64,000 nucleotides of DNA from Phycisphaerales bacterium (GCA_965227775.1 OZ245777.1:960001-1024000); one strand, 5' to 3'. Counted from the stretch's first letter, positions 19,480 to 29,205 are shown. Notes: generated by a model from the letters alone, not told the origin. Numbers and translations: made by a program.

Positions 19480-19746
19480 TCAGCCCGTGGTCTCGGCCTT
19501 TGGCTCTTCGAGCACCTCGACGGCCGAGAAGCGGTCGAGGTTGAGGACCACGAGCTCGCCGTCCTTTTTGCGGAGCTCGACGCGGTCGATCCAGACCTTG
19601 TTGTCCTTGGTGTGGGCGAACCACGAGCCGGACTTTTCCTGGCCGACGCGGACGACGACGCCCTCGATGGTGGAGACCATCGTGCCGCTCATGCGGGGGA
19701 ACTGCTGGGTGATACGCACCTTGGCGCCGGGGGTGAGGTTCTCCAT
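19480..19746 (-). CDS. Small hypothetical beta-rich protein
   Basis: 88 aa with strong host codon bias; TACCAT -10-like hexamer 8 nt upstream of ATG. Confidence 0.75.
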   Translation of the reverse strand: MENLTPGAKVRITQQFPRMSGTMVSTIEGVVVRVGQEKSGSWFAHTKDNKVWIDRVELRKKDGELVVLNLDRFSAVEVLEEPKAETTG

Positions 19747-19829
19747 AGCCGACGATGGTAGGGGCGGGGGCTGTGGAGGGTGGCGGCCGGGCCCTGGGGC
19801 CTGTGGGCGGCCGGCGTACGATTGGGCCT

Positions 19830-21530
19830 ATGCCTATTCCACGGATCGCGATTGTGGGCCGGCCCAACGTGGGCAAGAGCTCGCTGATGAACATGCTGGC
19901 CCACTCGAAGGTCTCGATCGTCGACGACCTGCCGGGGGTGACGCGCGATCGCGTGACACGGATCGTCGACCTGGAGCACAGCGAGGGCAAGCCCACCCGG
20001 GCGGTCGAGCTGACCGACACCGGCGGCTACGGCGTGTACGTGGCCGAGGGCGGGCGGTACGACGAGGTGGGTGCCGATCTTTCGACCCTGACCGACGACG
20101 TGGAGGGGCAGATCGAGGCGGCCGTGGCGAACGCCGATCTGATCCTGTTCTGCGTTGACGTGCAGGCGGGGCTGACGCCACGCGATGAGGAGATCGCCCG
20201 GCTGCTGCGCGAGCAGAAGCTGGGGCGTACGGAGCGGTCGGAGCTTGCGCAGCTCGACCCCAGCCTGGGCAAGCAGGCACCGGTGCACGTGGTGGCGACG
20301 AAGGTGGACGGGCCCAAGTGGGAGACGCACGCCTACGAGATGAGCGCCCTGGGCTTCGGCGAGCCGCTGATGTGCAGCGCCAAGAACAACTACATGAGGC
20401 GCGACCTGAGCGACCGGCTGTATGAGCTGCTGCCGGCCGACGACGAGACCGCGGCCGTGCCGCCGGCGGATTTATCGATCGCCGTCATCGGCAAGCGCAA
20501 CGCCGGCAAGAGCACGCTGGTGAACGCGCTAGCTGGGGCGGAACGGGTGATCGTTTCGGAGATTGCAGGCACGACACGCGACGCGGTCGATGTGCTGGTC
20601 GAGAAGGATGGCAGGCGGATCATCGTGATCGACACTGCCGGCATGCGCCGCAAGCGCAGCTTCCAGGGCAAGGTCGAGTGGTTCGCGTTCGACCGGGTGC
20701 AGCGTGCGGTCGATCGGGCCGACGTGGTGCTGCTGATGGTCGACGCGACCGAGGCGACCAGCCAGGTCGACCAGCAGCTGGCGATGCTGTGCCAGAACGC
20801 GTTCAAGCCCACGATCATCGGCGTGAACAAGTGGGACCTGGCCGAGGGGCAGACCGACGACAAGGGCCGGCCCGTGACGCCCGAGCGGTACGAGAAGTAC
20901 GTTCGCGAGGGATTCAAGGGCCTGCCGTTCGCGCCCATCGCGCTGCTGAGCGCAAAGGAAGGGCTGAACGTCGACGGCGTGCTCGACTTGGCGTTCGATC
21001 TCAAGAATCAGGCCCACGAGCGCGTGTCGACTGGGGCGCTCAACCGCTTGGTGCGAAGCATTTTGGAGAAGCGCGGGCCAAGCAACAAGCTGGGCACGCT
21101 GGCGCGGGTCTTCTATGTCGCCCAAGTGGGCACGGCCCCGCCCACGATCGCGATGGTGGTGAACGAGCCGAAGCTGTTCACGCCGAATTACATGCGGTAC
21201 CTGATGAACCGGCTGCGCGAGCAGGCGCCCTTCGACGAGGTTCCTTTCCGCGTGTTCGTGCGCAGCCGCAAGCAGTTCGACAAGCGGCGTGAGCAGGCCG
21301 AGAAGCGCGACAAGCGCGGCATGATCGACACGAGCGCGTTCGATCGCGGCGAAGACCTTGAGCTCACGCCCGAGGAGATCGAGAGCCTGTTCCGCATTCC
21401 TGGCGAGGGTGGCGAGGGCGAGGCGTTTGTCGACGAGGACGGCGCCGAGGGAGGCATCGAGGGCGAGTTCTTCGAAGACGCCGAGGTGTTTGTGTTCGGC
21501 GACGACGAGGAAGAGGACCCCCGCCGATAA
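19830..21530 (+). CDS. der: Ribosome biogenesis GTPase Der (EngA)
   Basis: Two G-domains (GRPNVGKS..DTGG..TKVD; GKRNAGKS..DTAG..NKWD), KH-like C-domain, acidic tail. Confidence 0.96.
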   Translation: MPIPRIAIVGRPNVGKSSLMNMLAHSKVSIVDDLPGVTRDRVTRIVDLEHSEGKPTRAVELTDTGGYGVYVAEGGRYDEVGADLSTLTDDVEGQIEAAVANADLILFCVDVQAGLTPRDEEIARLLREQKLGRTERSELAQLDPSLGKQAPVHVVATKVDGPKWETHAYEMSALGFGEPLMCSAKNNYMRRDLSDRLYELLPADDETAAVPPADLSIAVIGKRNAGKSTLVNALAGAERVIVSEIAGTTRDAVDVLVEKDGRRIIVIDTAGMRRKRSFQGKVEWFAFDRVQRAVDRADVVLLMVDATEATSQVDQQLAMLCQNAFKPTIIGVNKWDLAEGQTDDKGRPVTPERYEKYVREGFKGLPFAPIALLSAKEGLNVDGVLDLAFDLKNQAHERVSTGALNRLVRSILEKRGPSNKLGTLARVFYVAQVGTAPPTIAMVVNEPKLFTPNYMRYLMNRLREQAPFDEVPFRVFVRSRKQFDKRREQAEKRDKRGMIDTSAFDRGEDLELTPEEIESLFRIPGEGGEGEAFVDEDGAEGGIEGEFFEDAEVFVFGDDEEEDPRR

Positions 21531-21821
21531 GTTCGAATTGCGCATTCGTGTGCGTACGAAAGAAGGCGTGGCCAGGGTCCGGGGGATGAGTCCGGACGCT
21601 GGCCACGCCTGGTGTGGTGTGGTCGTTGGCTCGTTTGAGCCTTTGATTCGGGCTGTTTTTCTCGAGTGGGCCTGAGTCGGCCCGGAGCTTCCCAAATCCC
21701 TTGCCCTGCTATTCGACGAACCTTGGGCACGGTTCCAGTATTCTCGGATCTCCTTACCTTGGGGTGCGCGTCTTGCGGATCAGGAGCGCAGAAGTCCTCG
21801 ATAAATGTGCCTCAGCGTGCT

Positions 21822-22709
21822 TTAGCAGCCCGCGTCGAAGGCGTTCTGGAACGCCAGGAAGTCAAACAACGTGAGCACGCCGTCGCCGTCGAAGTCGGCC
21901 TCGAGCTCGCCCGCATCGAACGCGTTCTGGAATGCGAGGAAGTCAAAGATGTCGAGCACGCCGCTGCCGTCGAAGTCGGCACGGCAGGGCGCGAGGCCCA
22001 GGCCCTGGGGGATGTTGGTGGTGGACGCGACGACCCTGGTGAAGCCGGTCACGATGTTGATCTCGTAGAGCTGGCGACCGTTGTCGGTCATGACGAGATC
22101 GCCGTCGCGCTGGAAGGCGATGCTGCCCGGGGCGCTGCCGGCGATGCCCATGCTGAGGGGGATCGTCTCGACGAGCTCGCCGCTCGACGCCTCAATCTTG
22201 AGCAGCTCGGGAATCGAGCCCGGGCTGGCACTGGTGATGCCGTAGAAGAACCCGTCGCGGGTGTTGTAGTCGAGGCCGAACAGGCGGGGCAGGCGCGGGC
22301 CGCCGAGCAGGCGGACCGTACCCGTCGATGAGCTGACCGTGCCGAGTCGGCCGGACAGGTCGGTGCCGTAGAGCACGCCGCCGGGGCCGACGGCGATCGA
22401 GTCTCGCACATCGCCGCCGATGTGGGTTGCGAGGCCGGTGGTGCGGTCGACGCGGCTGAGGCCGCTGTCACCGGCCGGCGAGTTGTTGATGATGAAGATC
22501 CTGAACGAAGCGGTGACGGCCATGCTGATGGGCGTGGTGTAGCGATCGGGATCGGGGTTCAGCGGCCCAATCATCCGGACGGTCTCGCCGGTGTCGCTGT
22601 CGAAGATGTACAGGCTGTCGGAGCTGGCGTCGACGGCGTACATCTGGTCGGCCGAGGCGGTAGCGACCAGGCCAGCGGTGGCGAGAACGGTCAGGGTCTG
22701 CTTGAGCAT
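21822..22709 (-). CDS. Secreted beta-propeller-like protein with GC-type dockerin tail
   Basis: AAGGAG RBS, signal peptide, blade repeats, CRADFDGSGVLDIFDFLAFQNAFDAG..AGC. Confidence 0.88.
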   Translation of the reverse strand: MLKQTLTVLATAGLVATASADQMYAVDASSDSLYIFDSDTGETVRMIGPLNPDPDRYTTPISMAVTASFRIFIINNSPAGDSGLSRVDRTTGLATHIGGDVRDSIAVGPGGVLYGTDLSGRLGTVSSSTGTVRLLGGPRLPRLFGLDYNTRDGFFYGITSASPGSIPELLKIEASSGELVETIPLSMGIAGSAPGSIAFQRDGDLVMTDNGRQLYEINIVTGFTRVVASTTNIPQGLGLAPCRADFDGSGVLDIFDFLAFQNAFDAGELEADFDGDGVLTLFDFLAFQNAFDAGC

Positions 22710-22795
22710 CTGCTTTCTCCTTGATGCGGGTCCGAGGGATCGGAAGACGCGAGTTGCGTCACCCCGTTTAGCGTCAAAGAGCCCGATTTGTCACG

Positions 22796-23683
22796 TCAAT
22801 TCGTGAGAATTTCGTCGGGATATCGAATCCACTCCAGGCACAGACCGCTGGGCGCGGCGGTGGGGCCGGCTCGGCGGCGTTCCTTGCTTGCCAGGATGTC
22901 GGGCAGCTCCCTTGGCTCGATCCGGCCGCGCCCCACCTCGTGCAGCGTGCCGGCGATGATGCGGACCATGTTGTACAGGAAGCCGCTGCCGGTGACGGTG
23001 AACCCGACTCGATGCTCGGCGGTGCGCTCGACGGCCAGTTCGTAGATGGTCCGGATGGTGGACTGGCGATCATGGTTGATCTGGGTAAACGAGGCAAAGT
23101 CGTGCTCGCCCACGAGATGGCGTGCGGCCTCGGTCATGCGGGCCTCGTCGAGCGTGTGGTGGGTGTGCGTGACGAAGCGTCGGTCGAACAGTGGTCTCTG
23201 GTGATGATCGTGGAAGGCGTAGGAGTATGCCTTGCGCTCGGCGTCGCCGATGGGGTTGAAGGCCTCGTGCGTGGGCTGGGCGTCGGTGACGAGCACGTCG
23301 GCGGGCAGGCGGCCGTTGAGGGCGCGGATGAGCGGCTCGAGGCCTCGCTCCACGGGCCAGCCGCCGCCGTGGCGGGCGGGATCGGTGCCGTCGGAACAGG
23401 TGAATGAGGCAACCTGTCCGCGGGCGTGCACGCCGGCGTCGGTCCGGCTGGCGCCGGTGAGCACGACCGGCTCTCGAACGACCTGCCGCACGGCCTGCTC
23501 GACGACGGCCTGGACCGTGCGCAGGGCCACGCGGCCCGGCGGGGCGGGTAGCGATGGATCGGCGTGGTGGATGGCGGCCCCGGTGGCCGGTGGTTGATCG
23601 GGCGTCGGGGCGGGCGGTTCCTGCTTCTGCCAGCCGCAGAAGTCGGTGCCGTCGTATGCGATGGTCAGGCGATAGGTCGGCAC
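22796..23683 (-). CDS. truA: tRNA pseudouridine(38-40) synthase
   Basis: GTG start VPTYRLTIAYDGTDFCGWQKQ, GASRTDAGVHA, GFLYNMVRII. Confidence 0.95.
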   Translation of the reverse strand: MPTYRLTIAYDGTDFCGWQKQEPPAPTPDQPPATGAAIHHADPSLPAPPGRVALRTVQAVVEQAVRQVVREPVVLTGASRTDAGVHARGQVASFTCSDGTDPARHGGGWPVERGLEPLIRALNGRLPADVLVTDAQPTHEAFNPIGDAERKAYSYAFHDHHQRPLFDRRFVTHTHHTLDEARMTEAARHLVGEHDFASFTQINHDRQSTIRTIYELAVERTAEHRVGFTVTGSGFLYNMVRIIAGTLHEVGRGRIEPRELPDILASKERRRAGPTAAPSGLCLEWIRYPDEILTN

Positions 23684-23825
23684 ACGCAAGCGTAACGGCG
23701 CGATCGCTCCGAAGATATCGCAATAGGGCCCGTGGGGCCGCGTTGGGCGTTGAGGAGACGCTGGGGCGGCCCGGCGCAAAGGCGCTGAACGAAGACACGT
23801 GTGGTGTCCAAGAGGAGGATCTCGC

Positions 23826-24296
23826 ATGACCAGGACTCTTTCGATGTGGGCGGCTTTGGTGGGGCTGCTGGTGGGCACGGCGGGCGCTTTCGCCCAGGGC
23901 GTTGGCAACGAGCGGCCCGATCCGGCCGACGTCGCTGCCCGTTGCGTGTCGGCCATGGAAGCCGTGGCTGATCGGACTGCTGGCGGCATCGGCGATGCGG
24001 CGCAGCGGGCCACCGGGCTCGTGGCGCGTCTCGATGCGGCGGGTGCGCCGGATCGCGAGATCGTCCGGGCCGGACAGGCCGGCGTCGACCGCGTCCAGTT
24101 GATCGCTCGCTTCGGTTCGTCGCGGATTGCGCGCATCGAGGCCCACTGCGTGAAGGTGCTGCGTCGCCTGGGTGCCGATCGCGCCCTCATCGGCCGCGTC
24201 ATGGACGCCGCCGACGGCTTCCGCGAGGATGTCCGCAACGCCGCCCAGCGCGGCAGCGGCGCCATCCGCCAGGCCGTGGCCGACGCCATCGGCTGA
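23826..24296 (+). CDS. Secreted all-helical hypothetical protein
   Basis: GAGGAGG RBS; signal peptide AFA-Q; two Cys; followed by a terminator. Confidence 0.75.
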   Translation: MTRTLSMWAALVGLLVGTAGAFAQGVGNERPDPADVAARCVSAMEAVADRTAGGIGDAAQRATGLVARLDAAGAPDREIVRAGQAGVDRVQLIARFGSSRIARIEAHCVKVLRRLGADRALIGRVMDAADGFREDVRNAAQRGSGAIRQAVADAIG

Positions 24297-24337
24297 TCGA
24301 TCGTCCGACAACACCGGAGCCCCGAGCTTCGTGATCG

Positions 24338-24376
24338 GCACCCCGCGCCTGGGGAGGGCGGGGTGCTGTTTTTGTT
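24338..24376 (+). terminator. Intrinsic terminator
   Basis: GCACCCCGC...GCGGGGTGC followed by TGTTTTTGTT. Confidence 0.65.
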
Positions 24377-24487
24377 GGTTTGGAGAGTCTGGGATGTTCG
24401 TGGAGGGCGCGCAGTAACGGGCTCGCGCCCCGGCGCGGTAGCCATGGAAGTGGTTGCGAGGCACTCGAATCGGAAAGGGAGCTTGCG

Positions 24488-25378
24488 ATGATCAAGCGTG
24501 TTGGCATTCTGGTAGCAGCGTTGGCGGCGAGCGCCCTTGGGCAAGACGGGATGATCATCGGCGGCAATCTCATCCCGCGCGAGCTGGTGGAAATGAGCCG
24601 AACCAGCGGCGCCACCGTAACGATCGCGCCGGTGGGCGTGCAGCCCCAGGGCCTCGCGTATGACCCCGGCCGCGAGCGCCTGTACGCCGTTGATGCGGGC
24701 TTCAACTCGGTGTACACGATCGATCCGGTGACCGGCTCGACCGTGCTGCTCGCGGCCGTGACCGGGGCGAGCAACGCGAACGGCTTGGCGTACGACCCCG
24801 GCCGCGACGTGATTTATGTGAGCGACAACAACAACAACCGGCTGTACACGGTCGACCCGAGCACCGGTGCGTCGGCGATCGTCGGCGTGCTCGCGGGCGC
24901 GAACGAAGTGGAAGGGTTGGCCTTCGATTGCGATACCAACACGCTGTACGGCGTGAGCGCGCTGACGCAGCGCCTTGTGACGATCGATCCCGACACGGCC
25001 GCCGTGACCGAACTGCCGCTGGTGCTCCCGGTGCTCAACTGGCGCGGGCTGGCCTTTGATCGAGCCGAGCGGGCGCTGTATCTGAGCGTGTCTGTCAGCG
25101 GGAACTTCTACCGAGTCGACGTGGCGACCCTGACGCTGACGAACCTGGGCTTGATCAATCCGGCGCGGGGCGTGCAGGGGCTGGCGGTGATCGAGGACGC
25201 GTGCGAGAACTGCCGCGTAGATCTCGATGGCGATGGCCTCATCACGGTCTTTGATTTTCTCGAGTTCCAGAACCTGTTCGACGCGGGTGATCTAGGAGCC
25301 GACTTTGATGGCGATGGCGTGCTGACGGTGTTCGACTTCCTCGCATTCCAGAACGAGTTCGCGATGGGGTGCGACTGA
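24488..25378 (+). CDS. Secreted YncE/NHL-like beta-propeller with GC-type dockerin tail
   Basis: GLAYDPGR..LYxVD..TG repeats; dockerin tail ending MGCD. Confidence 0.88.
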   Translation: MIKRVGILVAALAASALGQDGMIIGGNLIPRELVEMSRTSGATVTIAPVGVQPQGLAYDPGRERLYAVDAGFNSVYTIDPVTGSTVLLAAVTGASNANGLAYDPGRDVIYVSDNNNNRLYTVDPSTGASAIVGVLAGANEVEGLAFDCDTNTLYGVSALTQRLVTIDPDTAAVTELPLVLPVLNWRGLAFDRAERALYLSVSVSGNFYRVDVATLTLTNLGLINPARGVQGLAVIEDACENCRVDLDGDGLITVFDFLEFQNLFDAGDLGADFDGDGVLTVFDFLAFQNEFAMGCD

Positions 25379-25412
25379 GCGATTGCTGCTGGATGGCCTA
25401 ATCTAGCGTTGC

Positions 25413-26000
25413 ATGAGCGGGCCGCCGATCGAGATCGAGTTCACGCCTACGCGGGAAGACGCGGTCGCGGTGCGCGTGCGGGCCGCGAGGGGCTATGAGT
25501 CGCCGCAGATGCGACGCATCGCGCGGCAGAAGGCGGTGATCGGCGCGCTCGTCGGCGTTCCTATTGGGGCGTTTGCGGTCTTGGGGGCGGTGGTCATTGG
25601 TGTGTTGATCTCGCGTGGCGTCACGCCCAGGCCGGGGCTGTGGGGTGCGATCGCGATATTCGGTGTCATCTGGGCGACGCAGATCCTGCGCGCGGCGACC
25701 AGGGACCCGTGGAAGGGCGCGTCGGGGCGGCGGCTCGAGCGGCTGATCCGTCGAACGACGGATTCGTCGGAACTCACGTCGAGCCTGTTCCGGATCGATC
25801 GCGAGGGCGTGACGCACGAGAACGAGGGCGTCGTGCTCTTCGTGCCGTGGGGCGTGATGGAGCGCGTGGATTACGTCGGCGGCGCCTGGTACTTCCATGC
25901 CGGCAAGCACGCGATGATGCGTGTGCCCGAACGCGTGGTGCCCGATGCGGAAGCGCTGCGGGTGCTTATCGCCGAGCAGGTGCCGCAGGGGGACGCGTGA
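25413..26000 (+). CDS. YcxB-like membrane protein
   Basis: IEFTPTRED N-terminus, two TM segments, C-terminal PH-like 'VPW..VPERV' domain. Confidence 0.6.
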   Translation: MSGPPIEIEFTPTREDAVAVRVRAARGYESPQMRRIARQKAVIGALVGVPIGAFAVLGAVVIGVLISRGVTPRPGLWGAIAIFGVIWATQILRAATRDPWKGASGRRLERLIRRTTDSSELTSSLFRIDREGVTHENEGVVLFVPWGVMERVDYVGGAWYFHAGKHAMMRVPERVVPDAEALRVLIAEQVPQGDA

Positions 26001-26016
26001 TGCGCGAGTCTCTTGT

Positions 26017-26442
26017 TTACGAAGCGGCGCTGTGAGTCACGCTTGTCCTGGCCTTGCGGCTCTTTCGAACGTAAAGCACGAGTAAGAGCAGGCCGGCCAA
26101 GCCGAGGCTGGCTAGCAGGCTCACGCCATAGACGGTTGTGATGGCAGAGATGATCTGGCCTTCACCGGTTAAGAGACCAATGTCGCGGTTCCGGGCACCG
26201 GGCGAGTAGCCATGGATGTGCTCCATGATGGTTGGAACATCGTTTGGCAGCACGTACTCGTGTGTTCGCCCCTTCTCGAGATCGACGCGCCATACCTTGG
26301 CATTTGATGACTTCTCGCCGTAGCGCGACGCGATGAAGAGGAATTGGTCGTCGAGTGTGCACACGAAGACCAACGACTCGCGAACGAAGAGATCGCTCCC
26401 GTGCGGCCCGTCGACGACGATCTCATCGTCGAGCCAAGTCAC
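26017..26442 (-). CDS. Hypothetical protein with C-terminal TM anchor (possibly 5'-truncated)
   Basis: Lower-GC ORF; C-terminal hydrophobic stretch then RKSRK; in-frame upstream ATG TAG at 26485-26490. Confidence 0.4.
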   Translation of the reverse strand: MTWLDDEIVVDGPHGSDLFVRESLVFVCTLDDQFLFIASRYGEKSSNAKVWRVDLEKGRTHEYVLPNDVPTIMEHIHGYSPGARNRDIGLLTGEGQIISAITTVYGVSLLASLGLAGLLLLVLYVRKSRKARTSVTHSAAS

Positions 26443-26563
26443 GGTGTAGCCGTGTCCGATATCGCCCGGAAACCCGAAGAGATCCTACATCGATCAACAC
26501 TCTCGTCGCCAGAACGGAGTACGAGGCTGTTTCGCTAGGATTCGGATGTACGCGGATTCGGCC

Positions 26564-27412
26564 CTACGCCGCGCTGGACTTCCGCGCGTTCATCACCCGG
26601 TCCGCGTACTTGTTCATCGCGTCGCGGAGCTGCTCGAAGCTGTCGAGGACGTACAGGATGGGCTGGTAGTGATCGATCTCGAAGGGTGTGTCGCACACGC
26701 GGTCGAGGTCGAAGTCGCGGCGGTCGACGTTCTTGGAGTGCAGCGCGTGCTCGCTTTCGCCCAGGCTGCTGATCAGGCCGCTGCCGTAGAGCTTGGTGCG
26801 GCCGCCTTCGCGGATCAGGCCGAACTCGACAGTGAACCAGAAGAGGCGGCCCAGCCGCTCGATGTGGTACGGATCCTCGCAGTGCAGGGCGGCCTTGCCG
26901 TAGGTCTGCAGGAACTCGGCGAACACGTCGTCGGCGTGCAGGGGCACGTGGCCGAAGATGTCGTGGAAGATGTCTGGCTCGGGCAGGTAGTGCATCAGCC
27001 GCTTGGGGCGGATTGTGATGGTGGTGGGGAACTGGCGGTTCGCCAGGCACGCGAAGAACGCCTTGGCGGGCAGGTACCCCGGCACGGGGCGGCTGGCCCA
27101 GCCGGTGAGCGCGGCGAGGTTGGCGTTGATCGACTCGACGCTCGGCACGCTGTCGCTGGGCAGCCCGATGGCACGCATGCCGTCGAGGAAGACCTTGGAG
27201 GCCTGGTCGTCGAGGGTCTTCATGCGTTCGGTGAAGAGGGTGCGCCAGACCTCATGGTTCTCTTGGGTGTAGAGATCCATCTTCTGGGTAATGTAGAACT
27301 TGTTGGTGTCGATTTCGCTGGAGGGCTGGAAGGGCGCCTTGTCGGCGGCGGCCTGGGCCAGGCGGGCCTCGTCGCTGTCGATGACGGTGCTGTACTCGAT
27401 ATCGCCTCGCAT
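26564..27412 (-). CDS. phhA: Phenylalanine 4-monooxygenase
   Basis: YLPEPDIFHDIFGHVP iron ligands, WFTVEFGL, YGSGLISS, YQPILYV. Confidence 0.92.
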   Translation of the reverse strand: MRGDIEYSTVIDSDEARLAQAAADKAPFQPSSEIDTNKFYITQKMDLYTQENHEVWRTLFTERMKTLDDQASKVFLDGMRAIGLPSDSVPSVESINANLAALTGWASRPVPGYLPAKAFFACLANRQFPTTITIRPKRLMHYLPEPDIFHDIFGHVPLHADDVFAEFLQTYGKAALHCEDPYHIERLGRLFWFTVEFGLIREGGRTKLYGSGLISSLGESEHALHSKNVDRRDFDLDRVCDTPFEIDHYQPILYVLDSFEQLRDAMNKYADRVMNARKSSAA

Positions 27413-27707
27413 GGTGTCCCTCCGGCTCTCGGTGCGTGCCTGAGAGATGATACACGGGGTGCACCTGAGGCTTCGAGTGGGTGTTGTGCGTCCGATAAAG
27501 TGACAAGTCGGCGCGACCCTCAGGGTTCTCGGATTCGTAGTGGAGCCCAGCCGCAGATAGGATCGTGGTCAACCGACAGCGGTTGGCGGGATGGGCCTGC
27601 CTGGCGCATCGCGTAGAGCCGGTGGGACGGCCCGTCCGATGGGGCTCCGAGAGGGGAGGGCCCGGGCGGAGGCCGGTATCTCGAACAGATTCGAAGGAGG
27701 CACGAGG

Positions 27708-29135
27708 ATGCTCGGTCTGACAGGTCAGTTTGTCCCGGCAAGCCGCTGGGTGGTGGGCGTCGGCGTTGCAACGTCGGTGTGCATGGTCTCGCCGGTGATG
27801 GCTCAGCAGGGCGAGGTCGCTCGCCAGCGGCTCGAAGAGTCGCGCGAGGCGATCAAGAACCTTGAGACGCTGCAGTATGTTGGCACCGTCGATAGCGAGG
27901 GCCCGCTGCTGGGCATGATCGAGGAGCTCAACGCCATCGTCTGGATGCAGAAGGTGGGCGAGGGCGAGGCCGCGGGCTGGAACCACCGCCGCCAGGGCTC
28001 GACCTCGGTGCGCAACCCCGCGACGGGCAACACCGAGACGGTCGAGTTCGATGTGGTGCGCGACGGACCCAACGTGACCTACATCGCCCACGACCTGCGG
28101 ACCGTGTACGAGCGGTTCCACCGGGCCGCGCGGCACCGCAGCATTACCGTCGCGCAGACGGGCTGGATCGGCGAGTTCGCCGCCGACGCACCATTCGAGC
28201 GTGAGCTGACGCTGCCCGAGGTGACCCTGACGCTCGAGATCGGCGGCGACACCGTCGAGGGCGACGTGTGCGACGTGGTCGAGGTCTCCTATGGCGACCA
28301 GCGGCAGGTGGTCCGCTGGTCGATCAGTCAGGAGACCGACCTGCCCCGCCGCAAGCACACGCGTCTGGGCACCGACAACATGCAGACGTACACGATCACG
28401 AACATCGCGGTCGATGACGAGCTGCCCGAAGACATCTTCAAGCTGCCCATCCCTGAGGGGTACGCCAGGAACACGACGGTTCGTCGCACTGCGCGAGAGG
28501 TTGGCGCGCCCACCGCGGTGCCCAGCTACCCATCGGCCAAGCCCTTTACGGTGACCATCGCCGAGGGCCCGGGCAAGGGCGAAGAGGTGAGCCTCGAGAG
28601 CCTGAGGGGCAATGTGGTGATCCTCGACTTCTGGACCGGCTGGTCGAGCACGTCGAAGGATTCTCGCGACGCCATCCAGGAGCTGGCCGACGATTTTGCT
28701 GACGAGCCCGTCAAGGTGCTGAGCATGACATGGCGCGAGCGCGGCCGCCCGAAGGCCGGCATTGACGCCTGGCGCGCCAGCGACGCGACCTATCCGCTCG
28801 TAACTGGCGCCGATGCGGTCGCGCTCGAGTACGCCGTCAGCAGCTTCCCCACGGTGTTTGTCATCACAAAGGACGGCAAGCAGGTGCTCATGATGTCGGA
28901 GTACAACGAGGAGACCTTCAAGAGCAGCATTGCCGAGGCGGTGCAGAAGGCCCTCGACGGCGGCTTCGATGCCGGCGCCACGACCACGACGACGCAGATT
29001 GGCGGCAATCAGTCGGGTGGTAACCAGGGCAACGGCAACCAGACCACCGAAGAGGGTGGCAACCAGTCTGGCGGCAACCAGTCTGGTGGCACTCAGGGGA
29101 ACGGCAACCAAGGGAACGGGAACCGGCCCCAGTAA
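27708..29135 (+). CDS. Exported LolA-like + TlpA/redoxin-like fusion protein lacking CxxC, with Gly/Asn/Gln-rich tail
   Basis: AAGGAGG RBS; signal peptide; VRWSISQETDLPRR..NIAVDDELPEDIFKLPIPEGY (LolA-like); SLESLRGNVVILDFWTGWSSTS..YAVSSFPTVFVITKDGK (TlpA-like). Confidence 0.75.
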   Translation: MLGLTGQFVPASRWVVGVGVATSVCMVSPVMAQQGEVARQRLEESREAIKNLETLQYVGTVDSEGPLLGMIEELNAIVWMQKVGEGEAAGWNHRRQGSTSVRNPATGNTETVEFDVVRDGPNVTYIAHDLRTVYERFHRAARHRSITVAQTGWIGEFAADAPFERELTLPEVTLTLEIGGDTVEGDVCDVVEVSYGDQRQVVRWSISQETDLPRRKHTRLGTDNMQTYTITNIAVDDELPEDIFKLPIPEGYARNTTVRRTAREVGAPTAVPSYPSAKPFTVTIAEGPGKGEEVSLESLRGNVVILDFWTGWSSTSKDSRDAIQELADDFADEPVKVLSMTWRERGRPKAGIDAWRASDATYPLVTGADAVALEYAVSSFPTVFVITKDGKQVLMMSEYNEETFKSSIAEAVQKALDGGFDAGATTTTTQIGGNQSGGNQGNGNQTTEEGGNQSGGNQSGGTQGNGNQGNGNRPQ

Positions 29136-29164
29136 GCCTGACACTCTTGGCTCGTGAACAACTG

Positions 29165-29205
29165 AAAACGCCCGCGGCCGGAGTCGGTCGCGGGCGTTGT
29201 TCTTT
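29165..29205. terminator. Bidirectional intrinsic terminator
   Basis: AAAACGCCCGCGGCCG..CGGTCGCGGGCGTTGTTCTTT between convergent genes. Confidence 0.75.

Noticed and set aside
21576..21600. Hammerhead ribozyme (GATGAGTCC..GGAC)
   Set aside because: No CTGATGA core and no GAAA after stem II.
28999..29132. GGNQSGG tandem repeats as a separate repeat element
   Set aside because: In-frame low-complexity protein tail of 27708-29135.
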